Assembly (NCBI GenBank): GCA_963806225.1
Contig: CAWDXG010000004.1
Location: 5,088,001-5,152,000, forward strand
Direction of reading: 5' to 3'
Length of the DNA: 64,000 bases
Source: an uncultured delta proteobacterium
GTDB lineage: Bacteria > Myxococcota_A > Polyangia > Polyangiales > Polyangiaceae
Shown here: positions 1 to 9,254 of the stretch, one piece after another
Layout of the letters: each line of letters starts with the position of its first letter
Numbering within the stretch: position 1 is the first letter of the stretch
Translations under genes and position numbers: made by a program
Notes under the pieces: model-generated
Databases searched by the model: none
What the model was told of the DNA's origin: nothing
The model's input: only the letters and a program-made list of their open reading frames with translations

Positions 1-2
1 GC

Positions 3-530
3 TGGCAGGGCTACCTGCGCAAACTGCCTGATACGCCGACCCGGGGGCCGGACGCCCATCGGCCTCCGCAGAAGCCGGCGAACGGGAAGCGCAACGACCT
101 GCTGCGCCGGGTCCGGCTCGGTGATCTGTTGTTTGCCCGCGGCCACAGCAAGGCGGCCGCGGCAGAGCTCGAGCCGGCGGTCTCCCTGGCTCCCGGGGCG
201 GCCGCGGTCCGTTGGCGGGCCGCGAGGGCGCTGATCGGCGCCGGCGACCCCGATGCGGCCGGCGAGGCGCTCGGAAAGGTCGGCGACATTCATTCCCTGA
301 ACGGCCCCTGGTTCGGCATCGACGGGCGGATGCAGCGCTCGGCCGGGCATCCCGACAAGGCGGAGCGCGCCTTCGAGCTCGGTATTTCCGCGGATCCGTT
401 GTCCGAAGAGGCCGCCTGCGAGGGAGTCTGGGCGCCGCGAGGGCCGCACCCACAGGCCAAGGGGCCCTTGCCCGCCAGCGCGCGCCGGCGGGCGCTCTGC
501 GAGTCGGCCCGCAGGATTCCACGCGATTGA
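3..530 (+). CDS. C-terminal part of a TPR-like helical repeat protein (5' truncated by window edge)
   Basis: Frame open from position 3 (WQGYLRKLPD...LGDLLFARGHSKAAAAELEPA...KAERAFELGISADP) to TGA at 528-530; TPR-like helical pattern. Confidence 0.6.
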   Translation, partial: WQGYLRKLPDTPTRGPDAHRPPQKPANGKRNDLLRRVRLGDLLFARGHSKAAAAELEPAVSLAPGAAAVRWRAARALIGAGDPDAAGEALGKVGDIHSLNGPWFGIDGRMQRSAGHPDKAERAFELGISADPLSEEAACEGVWAPRGPHPQAKGPLPASARRRALCESARRIPRD

Positions 531-579
531 CCCCGCCCGGACCAGCGCCTACCATGGGCGGCCCAACCTCGCGACAATC

Positions 580-1416
580 TTGAGACTTCCGGTGAGTCTT
601 GCCACCTTCACCGCGGCCCAGTTGCTGCGCATGCTCCCACGTGTCCGCATCAGCCATGCCGTCGGCAGGTTATGTGAACAGGAGCTGCCTCCAACCGTGT
701 CCCGAGCCATCGCGCGCGCATATGCTCGCGCCTACGGCGTCGACATGCAGGAGGCCGCTGCAGGCGAAGCCCCGTATCCGAGCTTCGATGCGTTCTTCAC
801 CCGATCCCTGCGCGCGGGGGCGCGTCTCGTCGAGGACGACGCCGTTGTCAGTCCAGCGGATGGCTCCCTGGAGGCCAGTGGGCCGGTGGACAGCGGTGGG
901 CGCATATTCGTCAAGGGGCGGCCTTACGACGTGGGCGAGCTCGTGGGAGACGCGCGGGAGGCGGCTCGCTATTCGGGCGGCGCGTTCGCCGTCGTGTATC
1001 TGTCTCCGCGGGACTACCACCGCGTGCACTCGCCGGTGGCGGGGCGGATCACACGAGTCCACGGCATTCCCGGGGATCTATTTCCCGTCAACTCGGTCGG
1101 GGAGCGGCACGTTCCACGGCTCTTTGTTCGCAACAACCGCGTGGCGATCGTTATCGACACCCCGGACATGGGGCGCGCAGTCGTGGTGATGGTGGGAGCG
1201 GTGATCGTCGGACGTATCAGCGTCGGTGTGATCGACGCCCCGGCCGTCCCTCCCGGTGATCACTCCATCGAGCCGCCCCACGACGTGCAGCGCGGCGACG
1301 AGATCGGCGTGTTCCATCTCGGTTCGACGGCCGTCGTCCTGCTGGAGCCCGGCACAACGATCTCGCGCGGAGTCGGGCCGATAAGGTACGGTGAATCGCT
1401 TGTGAAGGCGTCATGA
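580..1416 (+). CDS. psd: Phosphatidylserine decarboxylase proenzyme
   Basis: FDAFFTR, SPADG, YLSPRDYHRVHSP and FHLGST self-cleavage motif; start may be TTG 580 or GTG 592. Confidence 0.93.
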   Translation: MRLPVSLATFTAAQLLRMLPRVRISHAVGRLCEQELPPTVSRAIARAYARAYGVDMQEAAAGEAPYPSFDAFFTRSLRAGARLVEDDAVVSPADGSLEASGPVDSGGRIFVKGRPYDVGELVGDAREAARYSGGAFAVVYLSPRDYHRVHSPVAGRITRVHGIPGDLFPVNSVGERHVPRLFVRNNRVAIVIDTPDMGRAVVVMVGAVIVGRISVGVIDAPAVPPGDHSIEPPHDVQRGDEIGVFHLGSTAVVLLEPGTTISRGVGPIRYGESLVKAS

Positions 1417-3479
1417 CGAGCGACGAACACGACGGCGATGCCCCCGAGCTCGAGGTGCTCGACGACGAAGCGCCGCCGGAGATCCCGGACATCTCCTCCG
1501 AGCGACCCCCTTTGCCGGGTGCCGACGCCGCGGCCGCGGGGCTGGAATCGCTCGAAGAGGAGGACGTGGCGGATTCCTCGCCGATCTCGCATCGGGTCGT
1601 TCCACCACCGAAGCCCAGGCGCCGCCGTTTCCCCACCTCGCCGCAGACGCCAATCGCCCGTTCGACGCCGCCGCCGGCGACACGCTCTCCCGACGCATCG
1701 GCTACATCGGGTTCTTCCGCGGCGCTGAAGGCCCCGCGCACCCCGTCGTTCACCCCGACACTGGTCAATCCGGCGATCTCGCGCCCGCCGCCACCGCCGG
1801 AGGCCGGCGACACGTCGAGGTCGGAACCGCCCGTCGCGCGCCCGATTCCCAGGTCCCCCGAGCCACCGCGCCGGCTCTCCGAGCCGCCGCGCCCGGTGTC
1901 GGAGCCACCGCGCCCGGTGTCGGAGCCACCGCGCCCGTCGCCGGAGTTCCCACGCGCGCTCCCGGAACCTCCTCCTCCGATTTCGGAGCCGCCCGAAGCC
2001 AGGCGTCCGGTGTCGGAGCCGCCGCGTCCAGTGTCAGAGGCGCCGCGTCCGGTGTCGGAGGCGCCGCGTCCAGTGTCAGAGGCGCCGCGTCCCGTGTCGG
2101 AGGCGCCGCGTCCCGTGTCGGGGCCGCCGCGTCCGGTGTCGGAGCCGCCGCGTCCGGTGTCGGAGCCGCCGCGTCCGGTGTCGGAGCCGCCGCGTCCGGT
2201 GTCGGAGCCGCCGCGTCCGGTGTCGGAGCCGCCGCGCGCCGCGACACCGGCAGTCGACAGCCCAGGCGGGGCACCGGAGCCGACCTCCGGGCGGCTCGCC
2301 CGGGCCCGCATGGTCACCATTCCAGACGACGCGGTACCCGCGCAGGGCGTCACCGCCGAGGTCGCGGCTCCGTCGGTGATGGCCATGCGCATCATCACCG
2401 TCGGGGACAGCGATGAAGAGGCGCCGCCCGAGATACGGGAAGAGCCGGACAGCCAGCCCGCCGCTGGAGCGGGCGAGCCCGAAGGCGCCGAAGAGCTTCT
2501 TGAAGAGGTCGAGGCAGCCCCCGATTCAGGCGATGCGGGGACACTCGAGCACGCCGTTTCGCTGAATCCCGAGGAAGTGACCGAGGAGGCTCCCGCCAAG
2601 CCGCCGCCACCGCCGCGCCGTGGAGCGCCGCCGCCGCCGCCGTCGCAGTCGGCGCGCAAGGCCGCGCGTTCGCGGAAGGACCAGCCCGAGTCGCCGCCTC
2701 CCTCCGCCGCCGAGATCTCTGCGCGCAAACCCCAGCGTCGTCCGTGGTGGGAAGATCTGTTCGGCGAGGACTTCGTTCGCGCAAACGCCCGCGACACCGA
2801 CGAACAGATCAGCCGCGAAGTGAACTTCATCGAAGAGTCGCTCGGCGTAGCACCGGGTGGCGTCGTGCTCGACCTCGGATGCGGCGCCGGCTACCACGCC
2901 GTCGAGCTGGCAAGCCGCGGCTACGGAGTAGTCGGCTACGATCTCTCTCTCTTCCAGCTGGCCCTGGCTGCGGATGTCGCGCACGACCGCGGACAGAAGC
3001 TCAACTTCCTGCAGGGCGACATGCGCGAGATGGCCTTCGAAGAGATGTTCGACGGCGTCTACTGTTGGGGCACCACGTTCGGTTACTTCGAGGAAGAGAA
3101 GAACCTGGCGGTTGCCCAGCGCGTGTTCCGGGCGCTCCGCCCCGGCGGCATGTTCCTGCTCGAGGTTGCGAACCGCGACTTTGTCGCGATGGATCAGCCG
3201 AGCCAGGTCTGGTACGAGGGCGACTCCTGCGTGTGCATGGACGACATGAGCGTCGACTTCATCACCAGTCGACTCCGCGTCAAGCGCACGATGATCCTCG
3301 ATGACGGCCGCACCCGCGAGTGCAACTACTCCGTGCGGCTCTACGCGCTGCACGAGCTCGGCAAGCTGCTGCACGACGTCGGCTTCCGCGTGACCGAGGC
3401 CAGCGGACATCTGGCCACGCCCGGCGTGTTCTTCGGAACGAACTCGCCGCGGATCATCGTGCTCGCGCAGAAGCCCTGA
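1413..3479 (+). CDS. Class I SAM-dependent methyltransferase with a long Pro/Ser/Glu-rich N-terminal region
   Basis: C-terminal VLDLGCGAG, GYDLS, QGDMR, LRPGG motifs; about 440 aa low-complexity N-terminus; ATGA overlap with psd stop. Confidence 0.85.
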   Translation: MTSDEHDGDAPELEVLDDEAPPEIPDISSERPPLPGADAAAAGLESLEEEDVADSSPISHRVVPPPKPRRRRFPTSPQTPIARSTPPPATRSPDASATSGSSAALKAPRTPSFTPTLVNPAISRPPPPPEAGDTSRSEPPVARPIPRSPEPPRRLSEPPRPVSEPPRPVSEPPRPSPEFPRALPEPPPPISEPPEARRPVSEPPRPVSEAPRPVSEAPRPVSEAPRPVSEAPRPVSGPPRPVSEPPRPVSEPPRPVSEPPRPVSEPPRPVSEPPRAATPAVDSPGGAPEPTSGRLARARMVTIPDDAVPAQGVTAEVAAPSVMAMRIITVGDSDEEAPPEIREEPDSQPAAGAGEPEGAEELLEEVEAAPDSGDAGTLEHAVSLNPEEVTEEAPAKPPPPPRRGAPPPPPSQSARKAARSRKDQPESPPPSAAEISARKPQRRPWWEDLFGEDFVRANARDTDEQISREVNFIEESLGVAPGGVVLDLGCGAGYHAVELASRGYGVVGYDLSLFQLALAADVAHDRGQKLNFLQGDMREMAFEEMFDGVYCWGTTFGYFEEEKNLAVAQRVFRALRPGGMFLLEVANRDFVAMDQPSQVWYEGDSCVCMDDMSVDFITSRLRVKRTMILDDGRTRECNYSVRLYALHELGKLLHDVGFRVTEASGHLATPGVFFGTNSPRIIVLAQKP
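1870..2237 (+). repeat. Intragenic 21-bp tandem repeat encoding RPVSE(P/A)P
   Basis: 11 contiguous copies of about cgtccggtgtcggagccgccg at about 2004-2237, plus degenerate copies from about 1870. Confidence 0.9.
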
Positions 3480-3497
3480 GCAGCGGCCGGCTATCGG

Positions 3498-3899
3498 CTA
3501 TTCGCAGTCGACGTAGATGCCGCCGCCTTCGCGCTGGCAACTGCAGCCGGAGCCCAGCGCCTTCTGCACGCAGCTGCAGGTCGCCTGCTTTGCGCAAGCC
3601 GGCAGCCAGCTGCACGCGGGACCACCGGGAGCCTTGCGGTCGCAATAGAACCCCGTGGGGCAGATGCCGTCACCACACGAGAAGCAGGTGCCGTCATCGC
3701 AGCTCGGCGCCTGGGGCGCCTCGGGAGCGCCGTCCTGAGCTGCGACGTCGGTGTGGCTCGACGAATCGTCGGCGTGCCCGGCCAGCGTGTGTGAAGCCGG
3801 CGTGGCGCCACCGCACGAGACGGCGAGCGAGCCCAGGGCGATCGCCGCGAACAGAGGGAAAGGCCGGGAAGCCGCGCGGAAAGCTCGATGGAACGGCAC
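3498..3899 (-). CDS. Small Cys-rich lipoprotein
   Basis: Signal peptide with lipobox LAVSC; C-terminal domain with about 10 Cys. Confidence 0.7.
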   Translation of the reverse strand: MPFHRAFRAASRPFPLFAAIALGSLAVSCGGATPASHTLAGHADDSSSHTDVAAQDGAPEAPQAPSCDDGTCFSCGDGICPTGFYCDRKAPGGPACSWLPACAKQATCSCVQKALGSGCSCQREGGGIYVDCE

Positions 3900-3946
3900 A
3901 GCAGCACCACGTATACGTCCCGCGCCGTGTTCGGTACAAGGGGAGC

Positions 3947-5995
3947 GTGGACCTTGCGACGAGTCTCGCCAGGGCGCTGCCCCGGCTTCGCGTCAGCGCC
4001 GACCCGCCGGACCGGGTGGCCTACGCCCGGGACCTGTGGCCCCGGCGGCTGCTCGACGTGCGCGCCGGCCGCCCCGCCGAACACCGCCCGGCGCTCGTGG
4101 TCTGGCCGACGAGCGTGGAGGAAGTCAGCGCGCTGGTGCGCTTCGCACAGGCCGAGGGTGTACCGCTGGTGCCCTTCGGCGCCGGCAGCGGCGTGTGTGG
4201 CGGGGTCGAGCCGGAGCCGCGCTCCATCGTCGTCGACCTGAAGCGCATGCGCGACTATCGCATCGACGCCGACGCCCCGTTGATCGACGTGGGGCCCGGC
4301 GCGATGGGCATCACGCTGGAAGAGGAGATCCAGCGCCGGGGCTACACCATCGGACATTTCCCCTCGAGCATCCTCTGCTCGACGGTCGGCGGCTGGGTGG
4401 CGGCGCGCGGCGCGGGCCAGTGCTCCGGGCTCTACGGCAAGATCGAGGACATGGTCGTCTCGCTCGAGTGCGTGCTCGGCGACGGCGAGGTGGTCGAGCT
4501 CCGGCGGCGGCGATCGGGTCCGGACCTGGTGCCCCTGATGATCGGCAGCGAGGGCACGCTTGGCGTGATCACGCGCGCGAAGCTCAGGCTGCACCCGGTG
4601 CCCCGGGCGCGTGCGTACTCGGCCTACTCGTTCAAGGACATCGCCGCGGGTTGGGACGCCATGCGGCAGTTGTTCCAGAGCGGGCTCCGACCCGCGGTGT
4701 CCAGGCTGTACGATCCGATCGACTCGGTTCTGATGCGCCAGGGCTCGGTCAAGCCGGAACGCGGCGGCAGCCCACGGCGGCGCAGTGGCAGCGGTCGCTC
4801 GCGTGCGCTCGCGGGCGTGTTGCGCTCGGCGCTGCGCGTTCCGGCCGCGCTCAACACGGCGATCGAGGCTCTGGAAGGCAACCTGCTCGGCGGCTCCACG
4901 CTCGTCCTGGTGTTCGAGGGCGTGGACGCCGAAGTCCACGCGGACAGTGAACGGGCCGAGGAGATCTGCCGGCGCCTCGGCGCCGTAACGCTCGGCGAAG
5001 GACCGGCCCGCACCTGGTTTTCGCACCGCTACAGCGTGAGCTACCGGCAGTCGCCCGTGTTCCGGATGGGGGCGTTCAGCGACACGATGGAGGTCGCGGC
5101 GCCGTGGTCGCGCCTCGATCAGCTCTACGACGATGTGCGGCGCGCGCTCGGCCAGCACGTGCTCGTGATGGCCCATCTGAGCCACGCCTATCCGGACGGC
5201 TGCAGCATCTACTTCACGTTCTCGGGTGTCGGTCAGGACGACGCCGACGCCGCCCGCATCTACGAGAGCGCCTGGCGCGACGCGCTGGGCGCCGCGATCG
5301 CTGCCGGCGGCACGCTCAGCCATCACCACGGAGTCGGGCGCAGCAAGGCGCCGCGCCTCGGCGAGGAGCTGGGTCTGGGAGTCGACGTGATCCGCCGCCT
5401 CATGCATGCCTGCGATCCGTCGGGCATCATGAACCCCGGGAACCTGACGCCGCGCGAACCGTTCGACAGCAGCACCTCCCCGGGCGCGCGACGCGGAACT
5501 TCACCCTGGGTTGCGGGCGAGGAAGAGGGCGCGCCCGCCGATATCGACGAGACGTCGCTGCTGGCGTCGTTCGCGGGAGGCACCCAGCTGTCCGTTGCCG
5601 AGTCGCTCCTGGCTGCGCGCGGGATGACTCTGGGGCTCGAGTGCGAAGCCGGAAGAGACGACGTGGCGAGCTGGGTCGCGCAGGGAATGCCCGGCGGCCG
5701 CGATCCCTGGAGCGATCCGGTCGATCACCTGGTTGCCGGGCTCACCGCCCAGCTCCGCTCGGGCGAGGAGCTGGTGATCCAGCCCGCGCCGCGCCGGGCC
5801 GTCGGTCCGGACCTGGTACAGCTCTTCGCCGGCGCCGGCGAACGCATCGGTCGTGTCGAACGCGCCACCCTGCGTGTGCGACGCAGCGGCGCCCCGACGG
5901 CGCGTAGGCTGCCGTTCAACATCGATCGCGACCCGCCGCTGTCCGGGGCCGAACGCGCCCTCTGGGAGCGCCTGGCCGGCGCCGTCGTCGGGTAG
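3947..5995 (+). CDS. FAD-binding oxidoreductase, alkyldihydroxyacetonephosphate synthase (AGPS)-like, with an extra C-terminal degenerate FAD-binding segment
   Basis: PFGAGSGVCGG, GHFPSSILCSTVGGW, GSEGTLGVIT, HLSHAYPDGCSIYFTF, HHHGVG and DPSGIMNPG motifs; GTG start at 3947 after GGGGAG. Confidence 0.82.
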   Translation: MDLATSLARALPRLRVSADPPDRVAYARDLWPRRLLDVRAGRPAEHRPALVVWPTSVEEVSALVRFAQAEGVPLVPFGAGSGVCGGVEPEPRSIVVDLKRMRDYRIDADAPLIDVGPGAMGITLEEEIQRRGYTIGHFPSSILCSTVGGWVAARGAGQCSGLYGKIEDMVVSLECVLGDGEVVELRRRRSGPDLVPLMIGSEGTLGVITRAKLRLHPVPRARAYSAYSFKDIAAGWDAMRQLFQSGLRPAVSRLYDPIDSVLMRQGSVKPERGGSPRRRSGSGRSRALAGVLRSALRVPAALNTAIEALEGNLLGGSTLVLVFEGVDAEVHADSERAEEICRRLGAVTLGEGPARTWFSHRYSVSYRQSPVFRMGAFSDTMEVAAPWSRLDQLYDDVRRALGQHVLVMAHLSHAYPDGCSIYFTFSGVGQDDADAARIYESAWRDALGAAIAAGGTLSHHHGVGRSKAPRLGEELGLGVDVIRRLMHACDPSGIMNPGNLTPREPFDSSTSPGARRGTSPWVAGEEEGAPADIDETSLLASFAGGTQLSVAESLLAARGMTLGLECEAGRDDVASWVAQGMPGGRDPWSDPVDHLVAGLTAQLRSGEELVIQPAPRRAVGPDLVQLFAGAGERIGRVERATLRVRRSGAPTARRLPFNIDRDPPLSGAERALWERLAGAVVG

Positions 5996-6087
5996 ACAGC
6001 GTCGGAGCCACGTCACCCTGTGGCCCCGCCCTCCCGGCTTCCTGTGGAAATCCCCACTCGCCGCCGGACGCGACGGTTGATTGCGCG

Positions 6088-6537
6088 CTACCCCGCGCCC
6101 TGCGGCGCGGCGTCTCCGGGCTGCGGCGCGACTTCGGCGGGCGGCTCGGCGCCGCCCAGCCTTTCGAGCGCTCGCTCGACCAGTGCGCGATCCTCGCCGG
6201 AGAGCGCGCTCTTGCCTGCGCGATGCAGAGCGAAGCGCAGCGTGGCGGCTTCCAACGCCGACAGCGCGATCGTGCGGTGGAACGCCAGCTCGGGCACCCG
6301 GTAGCGGATGAGTACCCGCCCGTCGTCCAGCACCTGCTCGCCGACGATCTCGGCGCGTGCGCGGCCGTGCCCGGCGAGCTGCCGGATCACGCCGCGCACC
6401 CGCGCGGCACGTCGTCGCACGCGCCGCGCCGTGCCGTCTTCGTACAGCGAGAAAAAGCGGTTACGCGAATACGTCCGTGGCGCGAGCACCAGAGCGCAGA
6501 GCAGTGCGTCCGGATCGACGTGGAAACGCCCGCTCAT
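6088..6537 (-). CDS. Hypothetical protein (149 aa) translationally coupled to prfA
   Basis: ATGA overlap with prfA stop; [29 protein letters not shown]... Confidence 0.7.
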   Translation of the reverse strand: MSGRFHVDPDALLCALVLAPRTYSRNRFFSLYEDGTARRVRRRAARVRGVIRQLAGHGRARAEIVGEQVLDDGRVLIRYRVPELAFHRTIALSALEAATLRFALHRAGKSALSGEDRALVERALERLGGAEPPAEVAPQPGDAAPQGAG

Positions 6538-7598
6538 GCCTGTGCCTCGAGCTGCGCCGCCTGGTGCCATGCGACCACCGCGTCGATCAGCTCGTCCAGC
6601 TCGCCCTGGACCACGCGGTCGAGCTTGTAGAGCGTCAGGTTGATGCGGTGATCGGTGACGCGGTTCTGGGGAAAGTTGTAGGTGCGGATCTTCTCCGAGC
6701 GGTCGCCCGCCTTGACCATGCCGCGGCGCTCGTCGCGGATCGCGTCGGCCTGCTTCTGCTGTTCGATGTCGAGCAGCCGGCTGCGCAGGATCTTGAGCGC
6801 CTTGGCCTTGTTCTTGATCTGGCTGCGCTCGTCCTGGCACTTGACGATCATGCCGCTCGGCAAGTGCGTGACCTGTACCGCGCTGTTGGTCGTGTTCACG
6901 CCCTGACCGCCGGGGCCGCCTGCCGCTGCGATGTCGAAGCGCAGATCCTTGTCGTCGAGATGCAGCTCGACCTCGTCCGCTTCGGGCAGCACCGCCACCG
7001 TGGCGGTGGAGGTGTGGATGCGACCCTGGGCCTCCGTGACGGGCACGCGCTGCACCCGGTGCACGCCGCCCTCGAACTTGAGGCTGGAAAAGACGCGGTC
7101 GCCGGTCACCAGCGCGATGATCTCCTTGAGGCCGCCCGCGGACGCCTCGCTGCTCGAGAGGGCCTCGACCTTCCAGCCGCGCCGCTCGGCGTAGCGCGTG
7201 TACATGCGGAACAGGTCCGCGGCGAACAGCGCCGCCTCCTCGCCGCCGGTTCCCGCGCGGATCTCCAGGATGGTGTTCTTGTCGTCGTTCGGGTCGCGGG
7301 GCAGAAGCAGGATCTGGATGCCGCGCTCGATCTTCTCGATGCGTTCTTCCAGCTCCGGCAGCTCGTCCCGCACCAGCGGCCCGAGCTCGGGGTCGTCCAG
7401 CGCCTCGCGGTCCTCGCGGATACGCTTGTCGACCTCGCGCCACTCCGAGAACGCTTCCAGAACGGGCCCGAGATGGCTGCGCTCGCGGTTCAGGGAGGTG
7501 ATCCGGGTTTGATCCGCGAGCACGTCCGGCTCGCACATCAGCTGCTCGATCTCCTCGTAGCGGCGGGCGAGCATCTGGAGCTTCTCGACGGGGATCAT
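6534..7598 (-). CDS. prfA: Peptide chain release factor 1
   Basis: [23 protein letters not shown] (PxT, RF1 specificity), [15 protein letters not shown]. Confidence 0.97.
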   Translation of the reverse strand: MIPVEKLQMLARRYEEIEQLMCEPDVLADQTRITSLNRERSHLGPVLEAFSEWREVDKRIREDREALDDPELGPLVRDELPELEERIEKIERGIQILLLPRDPNDDKNTILEIRAGTGGEEAALFAADLFRMYTRYAERRGWKVEALSSSEASAGGLKEIIALVTGDRVFSSLKFEGGVHRVQRVPVTEAQGRIHTSTATVAVLPEADEVELHLDDKDLRFDIAAAGGPGGQGVNTTNSAVQVTHLPSGMIVKCQDERSQIKNKAKALKILRSRLLDIEQQKQADAIRDERRGMVKAGDRSEKIRTYNFPQNRVTDHRINLTLYKLDRVVQGELDELIDAVVAWHQAAQLEAQA

Positions 7599-7608
7599 GA
7601 TTCGGAGC

Positions 7609-8757
7609 TCATGCGCCGGAAACAGCAGCCTCGGCGAGCAACGCGTAGCTTTCGAAGGTGAGGTCCGCCGGATCTTCTGTCGTGGCGGCGCCCTGCTCGC
7701 GGCCCAGCGCCACGGCCAGCGCGCCGAGTGCCACCTCGAGCTGTTCGTCGTCGGGCTCGATGGTCGTGATCTTCTGCACCAGGAAGCCCGGCCACAGCAG
7801 CGCGCGGAGCGGCCCGCGCGTGCAGTAGCGCGCGAACACCCGCTGGATCTCGAACGTGAGCGCGGCAATCACGGGCAGAAACGGCAGCTTCATCGCGAAG
7901 AAGGCGATGTTGTCCACGAGCTTGCCGAGGCCCAGCTGGGGCAAGAGCGGACCGATAGCCGTGAAGACGATGATGCTCACGAGCGCGACCATCACCAGGA
8001 AGGTGGTGCCGCAACGCGGATGCAGCGTGGTCTTCGAGCGCGCGTTGTCGACGACCAGCGCTTCACCGGCCTCGTAGGTGTAGATCGATTTGTGTTCGGC
8101 GCCGTGATACTGGAAGACGCGGTAGATCTCCGGCATGCGGCGGATGGCCAGCATGTAGCCGATGATGATCACCAGCTTGCCGGCGCCGGTGATGAGCTGG
8201 AAGCCCGGGCTGCGCACGTCCAGCCCCAGACCGAACAGGCGACTCGTGCCCGCCGCGAACGCCTGCGGCAACGCCACGAACAGAACCAGCGCGAAGGCCA
8301 CCGCCAGGGCGGTGAACAGCTTCTTCTTCGCGTCGCCCTTGGGCTCTTCCGGCGCGGCGAGCGGAGTGCCGGGCTCGGCCGTGAGCAGCGCGAGGATCGG
8401 CAGCGAAAGCGCTGCGAGCGTGCTCGGCCCGCGTTTCGCTGCGGCGGCCGCCTGCTCTTCTTCTTCCAGGTCCTGCTCGAAGATGTCGGCGGCGAAGCGC
8501 AGCGCGCCGCTGCCGAGCTTGAGCGCCTCGACGAGCGTGATCACGCCGCGGATGCCCGGCCAGGCCTTCACGCCGCGGCGGGTGTCCGGCATCTCGCGCT
8601 GGCGCACGACCAGTGTGCCGTTCTTCCGCCGCACCACGGCGGAAAAGGAATGCGGCGAGCGCATCATCACGCCTTCGATGAGCGCCTGGCCGCCGATATA
8701 GGGCCGCGCGACACCATCCGGACCCGTCACGGAGGGCTGGTTCGACATCGTCGCCAC
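7609..8757 (-). CDS. DUF1385 (YqhQ-like) membrane protein, putative metal-dependent enzyme
   Basis: GGQALIEGVMM, YHGAEHK, HPRCGTTF, QKITTIEPD; usual rpmE-prfA context. Confidence 0.9.
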   Translation of the reverse strand: MATMSNQPSVTGPDGVARPYIGGQALIEGVMMRSPHSFSAVVRRKNGTLVVRQREMPDTRRGVKAWPGIRGVITLVEALKLGSGALRFAADIFEQDLEEEEQAAAAAKRGPSTLAALSLPILALLTAEPGTPLAAPEEPKGDAKKKLFTALAVAFALVLFVALPQAFAAGTSRLFGLGLDVRSPGFQLITGAGKLVIIIGYMLAIRRMPEIYRVFQYHGAEHKSIYTYEAGEALVVDNARSKTTLHPRCGTTFLVMVALVSIIVFTAIGPLLPQLGLGKLVDNIAFFAMKLPFLPVIAALTFEIQRVFARYCTRGPLRALLWPGFLVQKITTIEPDDEQLEVALGALAVALGREQGAATTEDPADLTFESYALLAEAAVSGA

Positions 8758-8814
8758 TATAGCTCGACTGCGGCGGATTGCCGTGAGGCGCCCGCTGCGG
8801 GCGCGAGCTCGAGC

Positions 8815-9021
8815 CTACTTGCCGACGTTCGCGTACTTGCGGCGGAAGCGATCGATGCGACCCTGGGTGTCCATCAGGCGCTGCTTGCCGGTGTAGAACG
8901 GGTGACAGGCCCCGCAGACATCGACCGTCAGCTCCGACTGGGTGGAGCGCGTCTCGAACGAGTTCCCGCAGGCGCAGGTCACCTTGATGACCTTGTACTC
9001 CGGGTGGATACCTTCCTTCAT
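8815..9021 (-). CDS. rpmE: 50S ribosomal protein L31 (Zn-binding type)
   Basis: MKEGIHPEY...CACGN...[12 protein letters not shown]...GRIDRF. Confidence 0.97.
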   Translation of the reverse strand: MKEGIHPEYKVIKVTCACGNSFETRSTQSELTVDVCGACHPFYTGKQRLMDTQGRIDRFRRKYANVGK

Positions 9022-9216
9022 CGTCTGCTCCTCGGGCCTACGGGGCCGGAAAAAGGACGGCGAACCTAGCGCCCGGAGCCGACATCGGCAAGGGGCAACT
9101 CCACACTGCCCGGTGGCAGGGCGGATACCCGGCTGCCGCGGAGCGCTTCGCGTGGGCACTATTTTGTCTTGTTATTCCCATGTGTTACCGTGGGTGCCCG
9201 GCGCCCGCCGCTTAAC

Positions 9217-9230
9217 TTGACGTTACGTCA
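9217..9230. promoter_or_regulatory. Perfect palindrome TGACGT-T-ACGTCA, candidate operator overlapping a TTGACG -35-like hexamer
   Basis: 13-bp inverted repeat at 9218-9230, 25 bp upstream of the DUF362 ATG (RBS AGGAG). Confidence 0.5.
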
Positions 9231-9254
9231 TTTGTAGCCCATAGCAGGAGAACC

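Noticed and set aside
3320..3946. N-terminal extension of the FAD oxidoreductase and similar extensions (prfA to 7868, smpB to 19977, mnmA from 61038, 15867..17009)
   Set aside because: Extensions overlap other genes and are low-complexity; internal starts with RBS or stop-start coupling fit better
9217..9231. Canonical FNR/CRP box
   Set aside because: Half-site spacing does not fit TTGAT-N4-ATCAA or TGTGA-N6-TCACA; kept only as an unassigned palindrome
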